The notes below the pieces were generated by a model, which had not been told where the DNA came from, did no database searches, and saw nothing but the letters and a program-made list of their open reading frames with translations. From Planctopirus limnophila DSM 3776 (GTDB lineage Bacteria; Planctomycetota; Planctomycetia; Planctomycetales; Planctomycetaceae), in assembly GCF_000092105.1 (NCBI RefSeq), contig NC_014148.1, positions 4,440,001 to 4,472,000 of the forward strand: a stretch of DNA of 32,000 bases. The letters are read 5' to 3'. The first letter of the stretch is position 1. Every line of letters begins with the position of its first letter. Shown here one piece after another: positions 1 to 7,099 of this stretch. The position numbers were made by a program, and so were the translations under genes.

Positions 1-171
1 GCTGGAATGTACACCGATCCAAGGATAAGTGATCGGCTAATGAATTGTTTTCATTCACTGTGAACTTATTGAGCGGCTGGCATAAAGGAGTGCTGGCCAC
101 TGCCTGCAACACAACCGCTGTGGTCATGTTTTGCAGGTAACAATGTTTGAATGTCGGACAAGGAGGTTAAG

Positions 172-414
172 ATGCTCGTATTATCAAGAAAAGCTGGCGA
201 GTCACTGCTGATCGGCCAAGGACTTCTGGGCGAAGGGATTCAGGTCACTGTTGTCGCTGTCCAAGGCAACCGTGTGCGGCTCGGGATTACTGCACCCGCT
301 GAAGTCAGCATTCGACGGCAAGAAATTGTCCTCGATCTGCCAGAGGTCGAACACTTGAGTGGAAGCTGTGACTTGGGAATTGAATCTCATAGTCGCACAC
401 CAGAACTCGTCTAG
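172..414 (+). CDS. csrA: Carbon storage regulator CsrA, with a roughly 25 aa C-terminal extension
   Basis: Translation MLVLSRKAGESLLIG...VTVVAVQGNRVRLGITAPAEVSIRRQEI matches the CsrA family signature. AGGAGG at 161-166 sits 5 nt before the ATG at 172, so 172 is preferred over the track start at 151. Confidence 0.9.
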   Translation: MLVLSRKAGESLLIGQGLLGEGIQVTVVAVQGNRVRLGITAPAEVSIRRQEIVLDLPEVEHLSGSCDLGIESHSRTPELV

Positions 415-680
415 TGACGACTTGTGTCCATCTTGCTGTTAGGAACTTTTGGCCATTTGGCCATACTTCAGTTCGTACTGGGGATCGGGTGCACGGTTGA
501 GTTTGTCAAAGGCAAAATACTGCCAGTCAACATCTCTCGCCTTCTCGATTTCCGTTTCACAAGCTAGTGGCACTTATCAACTGCTGAATTCACATGAACC
601 ATGACATAGAAAGACAGTAATCGCTGGCAGCGAGGTCGAGTTGTTTTCGTCGGCCGATAAGCTCATTAAAATTTAAGTCA

Positions 681-714
681 AGCCCCCGAAATTAGACGGG
701 GGCTTTCTTTTTTT
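681..714 (+). terminator. Rho-independent terminator, possibly bidirectional
   Basis: Stem agcccccg (681-688) pairs with cgggggct (697-704) around an 8 nt loop. It is followed by ttcttttttt on the + strand and lies 30 bp from the stop of the minus-strand methyltransferase. Confidence 0.6.
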
Positions 715-743
715 CAGGCATCACTCTATGTGCCGGCATCACT

Positions 744-1508
744 CTACGCAGGCTTCACACCGCGGAACCATTTTTGCCGCAAAGTACCACACGACGTGAT
801 CTGCTCGAAGCCAATTTCTTTGAGCCACTGGCAAACATCGGCAGCAGGGTGTACCAGTCGGCGAAAATCAGGATGCGTCGGCCATCCGCGCCACTGGGTA
901 ATCCCGCAGGCATAGAGCCAGTCACGAAGTTTGAACCCCACTCGGGTTCTGGCACTGATCGGCTCGCAGTTCAATTGAAAAACCAGTTCTCCACCAGGCG
1001 CCAGAACTTCGAAGGCATCTGCAAAATAAGTTTTCAACAGCGGAACTGGGACATAGTAGAGCACTTCGTACGAAAAAACGGTTTGCAGAGCATGCCCCTG
1101 CTGCCGAGAGACAGCCAATGCACTTCTCAGTTCATTAGTCACCAGTCGCTGACCATCGAGCAGATAGTAGTCTATGTTTGCCAGTGTCTGTTTCTTGCGT
1201 GCCTCTTCCAGCAACTTCTGGGCGATATCGACAGCGAACACATGCCGGGTTCGACGAGCCAGAGCATGTGACAACCGGCCCACACCGCAACCAATTTCGA
1301 GCACGTCGCCCTGGTTGTCGAGATTCATCCCGCCGACGGCGAACGCATCGACCAGATCATGTTCAGCCGAATCGACGATCTCATTCCAAGAGGCATCCTT
1401 CGAGATCAGCTTGTCCATCGATGTCGGACCCTGCTCAAAATAAGCCCGATCCCACCATTCCGAAGAACTCTTCCGTTTGTCGGCAACTGCATCAATCGCT
1501 ATCGACAT
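744..1508 (-). CDS. Class I SAM-dependent methyltransferase
   Basis: 254 aa ORF with the motif I sequence VLEIGCGVGRLSHALARR, followed by VFAVDIA and LAPGGELVF-type motifs typical of Rossmann-fold methyltransferases. Confidence 0.8.
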   Translation of the reverse strand: MSIAIDAVADKRKSSSEWWDRAYFEQGPTSMDKLISKDASWNEIVDSAEHDLVDAFAVGGMNLDNQGDVLEIGCGVGRLSHALARRTRHVFAVDIAQKLLEEARKKQTLANIDYYLLDGQRLVTNELRSALAVSRQQGHALQTVFSYEVLYYVPVPLLKTYFADAFEVLAPGGELVFQLNCEPISARTRVGFKLRDWLYACGITQWRGWPTHPDFRRLVHPAADVCQWLKEIGFEQITSCGTLRQKWFRGVKPA

Positions 1509-1728
1509 GCTTCATTCCTTGTCAGGTGACGTTTCGCCAGTCATCAAGTTTCATGACGATCACATTGACAATGAATATGCAGTTGGAAGCTTTCGATTTC
1601 TTCAGTTTTACCTCGAAGGGCACCATTTCCGCTGTGCAGAAAAGCAACATCTTGTCACGACTGCTACAGGCCCAACTCCACAGGCTGTATTTTCAGTTAT
1701 CTGCATCTATTTCCTGATGCAAAGGCTG

Positions 1729-1770
1729 GAAAACGAGAAAAGCCCGCAGCAGTGAATCACTGTTGCGGGC
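1729..1770 (-). terminator. Rho-independent terminator of the BON-domain gene
   Basis: Stem gcccgcagcag (1742-1752) pairs with ctgttgcgggc (1760-1770). Read on the minus strand it is followed by ttttctcgtttt, about 47 bp after the stop at 1817. Confidence 0.6.
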
Positions 1771-1816
1771 CGGCCATTCTCGGATTTCTCTCCTCAAGAG
1801 GAGAGTCAATCATGCA

Positions 1817-3055
1817 TTACCAGTTGTTCGGGCTGAGGAACCACCACCACTTGTCGGTGCGTGAGCGGAACTTCAAGTTCCAGTATCCATCATCCCATTC
1901 CAGGCTGGCCTTACGCCATCCCAGTGGAACTTGAGGATATGGATAGAACGGTCCAATGTAAGGGAAGGCACTGGCACTGTACTGCTGTGGGTAAGTCACG
2001 GCAGCATAGTTGGGATACTGGGCATAGCTTGGCCAGGCATGGTCTGGCATCGAAGCGTTGTTATACATCGCACCTGGGGCACCGCCACCTGGCATCCCGG
2101 GGCCCATGGCCATCGGCATACCGGCTGGGCCACCCATGGGGCCGGGCATGGCACCCATTCCAGGGCCGCCCATTCCAGGGCCACCCTGTGGAGCACCTTG
2201 ATAGGCAGCGCCGTAAACTTGTGGTGGCATTCCAGGACCGGCCATTGGCCGACCCATCTGTGGCGCCATCTGAGGTGCCATTTGAGGGGCCATTTGAGGG
2301 GCCATCTGTGGATAGCCCACAGGCTGAGCACCACCGGCAGGAGCACGTTCTTCTGTACAGACCAGATTGTTCTGAACCTGGGCCACACCCGAAGTCGCCT
2401 GACAGGCACGGGTGGCAGCGGCTTTCTGAGCCATGGTTGGCACAGAACCATCGAGTGTCACCACACCACTCTGATAGCGGATTTCAATATCGTATCCATC
2501 GAGCTGGGCGGAAGTCAGCGACTGTGCAATCTGCTCAGCCATCTGCTGATTCGAAACACCAGCTTCGAAGTTCACCTGCTGAATGTTCTGACGTGGGGCA
2601 TTCATGGCACCACCGGCCTGCTGCACACCACGACCGAAATCTTCAGGTGGCATTTCATTACGGGCCACGGCCTGCTTAGGTGCAGCAGACGGGCCGGCAG
2701 CTTGTGCCCCCTTGCGGGCGGCCACAGCCTTGGCATCGACCACCACCAGTTCATTGTTCACACTCTTGACACCGGGCACGCGCTCCACGACCTGTGAGGC
2801 CTTGTCGCGCTGCTTGGGGTCTGTCACTTTACCCTTCAAAGTGGCCACACCACCTTTACAGGCAATTTCAATGTCGAAACCCTGCAGACGAGCCTGCTTC
2901 AGAGCGGCGGCCACATCTTCGGCCATTTTCTGATTGCTGCTTGTCGACTTGGTTGCGGCTGGCTCGTCCTTCGACGACCAGGGGGCGGCAGTGCCGACAT
3001 TCGGGATGCTTGCCAGCAATCCCAGCGTCAACACCCACTGACCGTACTTACGCAT
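1817..3055 (-). CDS. Secreted BON-domain protein with a Met/Pro/Gly-rich low-complexity linker and an aromatic-rich C-terminus
   Basis: 412 aa with signal-like N-terminus MRKYGQWVLTLGLLASIPNVGTAAP. Two BON-like modules are present (DIEIACKGGVATLKGKVTDPKQRDKASQVVERVPGVKSVNNELVV and DIEIRYQSGVVTLDGSVPTMAQKAAATRACQATSGVAQVQNNLV). AAGGAG lies 8 nt upstream of the ATG. Confidence 0.85.
   Translation of the reverse strand: MRKYGQWVLTLGLLASIPNVGTAAPWSSKDEPAATKSTSSNQKMAEDVAAALKQARLQGFDIEIACKGGVATLKGKVTDPKQRDKASQVVERVPGVKSVNNELVVVDAKAVAARKGAQAAGPSAAPKQAVARNEMPPEDFGRGVQQAGGAMNAPRQNIQQVNFEAGVSNQQMAEQIAQSLTSAQLDGYDIEIRYQSGVVTLDGSVPTMAQKAAATRACQATSGVAQVQNNLVCTEERAPAGGAQPVGYPQMAPQMAPQMAPQMAPQMGRPMAGPGMPPQVYGAAYQGAPQGGPGMGGPGMGAMPGPMGGPAGMPMAMGPGMPGGGAPGAMYNNASMPDHAWPSYAQYPNYAAVTYPQQYSASAFPYIGPFYPYPQVPLGWRKASLEWDDGYWNLKFRSRTDKWWWFLSPNNW
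2255..2310 (-). repeat. In-frame 12 bp tandem repeat encoding (MAPQ)x4 inside the BON gene
   Basis: Units on the + strand are catctgtggcgc, catctgaggtgc, catttgaggggc, catttgaggggc and a partial catctgtgg. The protein reads MAPQMAPQMAPQMAPQM. Confidence 0.9.
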
Positions 3056-3407
3056 GAACTGGTCTCCTTACCGGTTATGATCCGACTGCCGGGATGTCTC
3101 GATCTCAAAACTCCGTGCAGACGGAACACACCGAGAATGGCCTTCGGTCGAATTCTGCTGCGGGCGGAAAGGCGATCGAGTTCGCCTCTGTCATGATTTC
3201 AGAAGAGCCTGCCTCACAATCCCTGCGGGCAAAATCTCTACCTGTCACGTTACATCGGGTGGGATGGTTCCTCAGGCACAGACTATTCCGTTTTTTTCGA
3301 CGCTAACCATTGTAACGCCTGCGGGATTCGCCGATGTTCAGCCATCCTCCACCTCCCAGAGCCGGTTAACGGCAGCATGTGCCGGAGAAGATCGGGCGCG
3401 GCGTGGG

Positions 3408-3806
3408 GATACTGGCACGCAGCAGAGCGGGAGAGAAGCTGGAAAGCAGAGCGGGAGAGAAGGAAAGAAGTCAAGAAGGGGAGAAGCCGGAGGGTTGTTG
3501 GAAAACGCTGGCGGCGAGAAGAGCGATGTCATGAAGCGGAGAGCAAGCGTGTGTGAGCTGCCCGAGCTTTGAAGCCCCGTCGCTGGCCATCAGGTTCACT
3601 TCTCTCTTCTCTTCTTCTATATCTCCGTCCGCTGAATTTCCCTGCCTGCTGAATTTCCCCATCAACAGGAAGCAAAGCATCCTGGATCTCCATGGCATTC
3701 CCTAAGGTCTCAACCACCATCTCCCATCACCGCCCTGACATCGTCTTCTTACATCCGACTTCTTCCCTTCGTCCCTTTCCCCCTTCTTCCCTTCTTCGCT
3801 TCTTAG
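3408..3806. repeat. Strand-asymmetric low-complexity block: polypurine tract followed by polypyrimidine tracts, with internal direct repeats
   Basis: On the + strand, 3421-3500 is about 80 percent purine by hand count. Segments 3596-3660 and 3741-3806 are pyrimidine-rich. An 18 bp perfect direct repeat agcagagcgggagagaag occurs at 3421-3438 and 3445-3462. A 12 bp repeat gctgaatttccc occurs at 3631-3642 and 3648-3659. Confidence 0.7.
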
Positions 3807-4107
3807 CCGGGTGCCACTGCTGGCTCGTCCAGCATTGCTCCTGCCATCAGCCAAAAACGATTCACTTTCGAGACGACTGATGGCAGACATCTTCTTTCCC
3901 GTCGTCTTGAATGCAGCACCCGGCAATGACCGCCGAAGAAACTCTGCGTCAAGGGCAGTTGCGACCTCCCAGCCGTTAAATCCGAAAAAACCCCACAGTT
4001 TGACAGGCAGAGTGATCGATACAGAAGGTGCAATCGGTGCGATCCAACAGCTTTGAGATCGCTCAATCTACCATTCATCGTCAAGTTTGCCCCTTCGGAG
4101 TGAGAAG

Positions 4108-4698
4108 ATGCCCAAGTACGGATGGCTCAAGCGCCTGGCGCTCGTCGTCGTCGTTGGCATGACGACGCTATCCAGCAGTGGCTGCCAGCTCCTTCTCTGG
4201 GATGGCTTCCTGGGGACTGCCTTCCAGTTTGCTGGGTTCTGGGATACCACCCCGCTGATCCCTGTCAGCCCTTATTACAGTGAACTCATCGAGGATGCTT
4301 ACATCCGCGAAGAGCGTTACGAGAAAGTGCCCGTCCTCGATCCCGTCGAAGGCGAGCATGCTCCGATCTTCTGTCAGGATCCTCCTTCACAAGACGAAGT
4401 CATGCGGGCCATGCCGAACATCACGTCGGGTGGGTGGGTCTTCCTGGCTGAGACCAGCATGAACAACGTACGCATCGTGGTGGAACCGATTGTTGACCGA
4501 ATCGACGATTGCCGGTTCTTCCCGATGGTAGGCCCTGCTCGTCTCAAGCATTGCCACTACAAAGCGACCATCTACTTCGACAAGACCATTCGCTCAGGCT
4601 GGCCAGTTCCCTTCTCTCACAAGGATGAATCGATCGAAGTGGTCTACATTGACCATGATCACCTCATCCGCTGTGCAGGCCCCGCCACTCCTCAGTAA
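4108..4698 (+). CDS. Hypothetical lipoprotein or secreted protein
   Basis: N-terminus MPKYGWLKRLALVVVVGMTTLSSSGC has a signal peptide with a lipobox-like SSGC. GGAG at 4097-4100 precedes the ATG at 4108, while the track start at 4087 is a TTG. I recognised no family motif. Confidence 0.7.
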   Translation: MPKYGWLKRLALVVVVGMTTLSSSGCQLLLWDGFLGTAFQFAGFWDTTPLIPVSPYYSELIEDAYIREERYEKVPVLDPVEGEHAPIFCQDPPSQDEVMRAMPNITSGGWVFLAETSMNNVRIVVEPIVDRIDDCRFFPMVGPARLKHCHYKATIYFDKTIRSGWPVPFSHKDESIEVVYIDHDHLIRCAGPATPQ

Positions 4699-4730
4699 TC
4701 AATTTGTCCGACAGAGCATCAGACTCTTAG

Positions 4731-4774
4731 CACCCGAAGTTTCGCATCTGCGAGGCTTCGGGTGTTTGGCTTTT
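4731..4774 (+). terminator. Rho-independent terminator after the lipoprotein gene
   Basis: Stem cacccgaag (4731-4739) pairs with cttcgggtg (4756-4764) and is followed by tttggctttt. Confidence 0.65.
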
Positions 4775-4872
4775 CTACGAAACACAACTGGCAAGCAGAC
4801 ATGGACTTCAAGATGTCCAGCCAGACTTCATGCCCCCTTCTCCCGTTCCGACAGGAGAAGGCCGGAATGAGG

Positions 4873-4919
4873 GCGAGCTTGATCGTACTTGGGGATCGAT
4901 CCACAAGCAGCTTCATCGC
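4873..4919. repeat. Copy A of a 47 bp dispersed direct repeat
   Basis: Sequence is gcgagcttGATCGTACTTGGGGATCGATCCACAAGCAGCTTCATCGC. The 39 bp core (4881-4919) is identical to 5174-5212. Confidence 0.9.
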
Positions 4920-5165
4920 GAGCCGGGTGGCTGGGGTCAAACGTCTTCGTTTGCCCCCAGGGTGTTTGCCGCTGGTTGTTCATACTGTTTTTCATGCGGA
5001 GGAATTTGGCAGATGCATTCCTGCTCGTGAATTCGATTGACCAGGGGGCGGATGAAGACATCCGACCCCTGCCACCCGGACGGAGCCTACTGAGTGTAGC
5101 GAAGCAGGCTAAGTCAGGGCCTACTCCATCTAAGGCGATGACGCACACTTATTCAAGATACAAGA

Positions 5166-5212
5166 GCGAGTTCGATCGTACTTGGGGATCGATCCACAAG
5201 CAGCTTCATCGC
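5166..5212. repeat. Copy B of the 47 bp dispersed direct repeat
   Basis: Sequence is gcgagttcGATCGTACTTGGGGATCGATCCACAAGCAGCTTCATCGC. It lies 293 bp from copy A and 29 bp downstream of the stop codon of the minus-strand ABC ATPase. Confidence 0.9.
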
Positions 5213-5240
5213 AGCACGCTTGCAGTCAACTTGGAGTGCG

Positions 5241-5957
5241 TCACTGATTCTCAACGAGTTGACCTGCTTTCAAATAGCAGCGGCGGGGGTACGATTGAGC
5301 CATGGCTTCGCTATGAGTGACGCAGAGCAGAATACTGTGTGACTCCAGCGCCAGAGCGACCAGTAACTTCCCCACTGTCTCGGCCGTCGCAGGATCGAGA
5401 TTCCCTGTCGGTTCATCGGCCAGGAGCAGCCGCGGGCGATTGATCAGCGCCCGGCAGACGGCCGTCCGTTGTCGTTCCCCCCCTGAAAGCTGGGTCGGTT
5501 TATGGTCCATCCGCGCTGTCAGCCCGACCTGATCCAGTAACATCAAAGCCCGCTCTCGGACTTCATTCGAGATGCCACGATGCGGCAAAGCTGGTAACAG
5601 GACGTTCTCCAGCACCGTGAGCTGAGGCAACAGGTGATGATCCTGAAAGATGAAGCCAATCTTTTCGTTTCGAAATTGAGCCTGTTGAGTCACATCCATC
5701 GCAAAGGGATCTTCGCCATCAAGACTGACTGTTCCCGATGTCGGATGATCGAGCACACCCAGGATCTGCAATAGAGTGCTCTTTCCACATCCTGAAGGGC
5801 CGGTAATCGCGATCGCCTCTCCTGTATTGGCAGTGAATCCGACACCTTGAAGAATGTGCAGCGTCTCGGAGCCATTCGAGAATTCACGCGAGAGATCCTG
5901 GACGACGAGTGCCGGGTGACCTGACGGCGTTGATAGATTCGTCATAGAAATTTCCAT
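5241..5957 (-). CDS. ABC transporter ATP-binding protein (LolD/MacB/FtsE-like)
   Basis: Walker [11 protein letters not shown]-loop [12 protein letters not shown], signature LSGGERQR, Walker [13 protein letters not shown] and H-loop VTHS are all present. The start is placed at the internal Met (MEISMTNL...) because the first 50 aa of the track ORF look non-coding. The ATG at 5945 is an alternative. Confidence 0.9.
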   Translation of the reverse strand: MEISMTNLSTPSGHPALVVQDLSREFSNGSETLHILQGVGFTANTGEAIAITGPSGCGKSTLLQILGVLDHPTSGTVSLDGEDPFAMDVTQQAQFRNEKIGFIFQDHHLLPQLTVLENVLLPALPHRGISNEVRERALMLLDQVGLTARMDHKPTQLSGGERQRTAVCRALINRPRLLLADEPTGNLDPATAETVGKLLVALALESHSILLCVTHSEAMAQSYPRRCYLKAGQLVENQ

Positions 5958-6123
5958 CCCGACGTACGAATTTTCTCTGGAAGAGTAAGATGATCCTCGC
6001 AGTTGAGCTTGCTCGCTCGGGTTGTGAATTGCCAGTCTGCCACGAAAAGTCCGTGTTCGTCTGGCACACACAGCCAAAAAACGATGTGCTATGCAAGTGC
6101 AACGCATAGTGAGAAATCATGCC

Positions 6124-6165
6124 TTGACTCACATGAACACTTTAGATATTATTCAATTGATGAAT
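6124..6165 (+). promoter_or_regulatory. Sigma-70-like promoter with overlapping ArsR/SmtB-type operator half-sites
   Basis: TTGACT (6124-6129), a 17 bp spacer, then TATTAT (6147-6152). TGAACA (6134-6139) and TATTCA (6150-6155) resemble SmtB/CzrA operator half-sites. The inverted repeat ATTCA-N5-TGAAT lies at 6151-6165, 22 bp before the arsR-family ATG. Confidence 0.45.
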
Positions 6166-6186
6166 CGACAGAGTGAGGTAGCCTGA

Positions 6187-6543
6187 ATGGATGAAGCCGA
6201 ACCAGTTCTTCACGAGCACACACATTCTCCACGCAAGCTGCCCATCGCCGATGTGGCAGCCTGTCAGATGGCGGCTGATATCTTTCGCGCTCTGGGAGAT
6301 CCCAGCCGTCTGCGGATGCTCTCGTTGCTCATCCACGATGAACTCTGTGTCACTGAGATTGCCGAAGCTTTAGGAGACAACCTCTCGGCTGTCTCACAAA
6401 GGCTCAAGCTTCTCAAAAGCGAGCGCATCGTAGGTGCCCGCCGGGAAGGCAAGCACATCTTCTACCGCCTCTCGGATCATCATGTGAAAGACCTCGTGAC
6501 CAATGCGCTCGCGCACGTTACGGAGCCTCACGACCATTCCTGA
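6187..6543 (+). CDS. ArsR/SmtB-family metal-sensing transcriptional repressor (alpha5-site type)
   Basis: Winged-helix core LGDPSRLRMLSLLIHDELCVTEIAEALGDNLSAVSQRLKLLKSERIVGARREGKHIFYRL. The C-terminal DHHVKDLVTNALAHVTE fits the SmtB alpha5 pattern D-x-H-x10-H-x2-E. Confidence 0.9.
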   Translation: MDEAEPVLHEHTHSPRKLPIADVAACQMAADIFRALGDPSRLRMLSLLIHDELCVTEIAEALGDNLSAVSQRLKLLKSERIVGARREGKHIFYRLSDHHVKDLVTNALAHVTEPHDHS

Positions 6544-6571
6544 AAACACGCCCAACAGAAAGACCAGACAA

Positions 6572-6916
6572 ATGGCTCATTCATGCACCAGCCACGATCA
6601 TGTTCACGGCCCCAACTGCGGCCACAAAGCCGTTCAGCACAATGGTCACGTCGATTACCTCCACGACGGCCATCTGCATCATCAGGAACAAGCAGGCCAA
6701 GTGACTGAACATCAATTTGAAGTCAATGCGACCAATCCCGCAGCTTGCACATCAGGCCATGCCTGTACCAGCCATGCAGCCGATCACATCCATGGTGAAA
6801 ACTGTGGCCACCCAGCCGTTCCTCACGGCGATCATGTCGATTACCTCGTCGATGGCCACCTGCATCATCAGCACGCAGGCCATTGCGATAATCACGGCCC
6901 GGTCACAGTGGCCTAG
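6572..6916 (+). CDS. Small cytosolic His/Cys-rich protein with an internal duplication (putative metal-binding)
   Basis: 114 aa from the ATG at 6572, 28 bp after the repressor stop. It has 25 His and 6 Cys by hand count. Two repeats are present: CTSHDHVHGPNCGHKAVQHNGHVDYLHDGHLHHQ and CTSHAADHIHGENCGHPAVPHGDHVDYLVDGHLHHQ. There is no signal peptide or TM segment. Confidence 0.75.
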   Translation: MAHSCTSHDHVHGPNCGHKAVQHNGHVDYLHDGHLHHQEQAGQVTEHQFEVNATNPAACTSGHACTSHAADHIHGENCGHPAVPHGDHVDYLVDGHLHHQHAGHCDNHGPVTVA

Positions 6917-6941
6917 TCACAGTGGCCTAGTCACAGTGGCA
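6902..6941. repeat. 14 bp tandem repeat (about 2.8 units) spanning the stop codon of the His-rich gene
   Basis: gtcacagtggccta, gtcacagtggccta, gtcacagtggca. The TAG stop at 6914-6916 straddles the junction of units 1 and 2. Confidence 0.9.
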
Positions 6942-7099
6942 TTGTCAGAACTTTGTGTCATTTTCCCAAAGGCAAATCGCTCGTTTCATCGCTTCGAACC
7001 TCAGGAAAATGGCACCTCGATTGACGACGCCAGGCTGGTGCAAGAACATGCTGGCAGATTCTTATTCGCCGACAGTTCTGCCCCAGCCCTGGAATCGAC

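Noticed and set aside
439-573. 44-codon minus-strand ORF downstream of csrA
   Set aside because: It has protein-like composition, but it uses a GTG start, has no visible SD and is too short to judge without conservation data. It is mentioned in a finding and not annotated as a gene.
1861-2797. Two long + strand ORFs (272 and 288 aa) overlapping the BON gene
   Set aside because: They are antisense to a CDS with a clear signal peptide, BON modules and an SD sequence. Their translations are His/Arg/Trp-rich mirror images of the Pro/Gly/Met-rich coding repeat.
3264-3926. Several 60-100 aa ORFs on both strands inside the 1 kb spacer
   Set aside because: Their translations are dominated by the polypurine and polypyrimidine composition (runs of G/E/K/R or S/L/P/F). 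They overlap one another in several frames and have no SD or motif support.
6917-7099. Possible ZTP (pfl) or THF riboswitch upstream of folD
   Set aside because: folD is a known ZTP-riboswitch target, so I looked for one. I could not find the conserved GACUGGCG sub-domain or the CCGCCUGGGC pseudoknot partner. Only a loose cgccaggctgg is present. An Infernal scan would be decisive.
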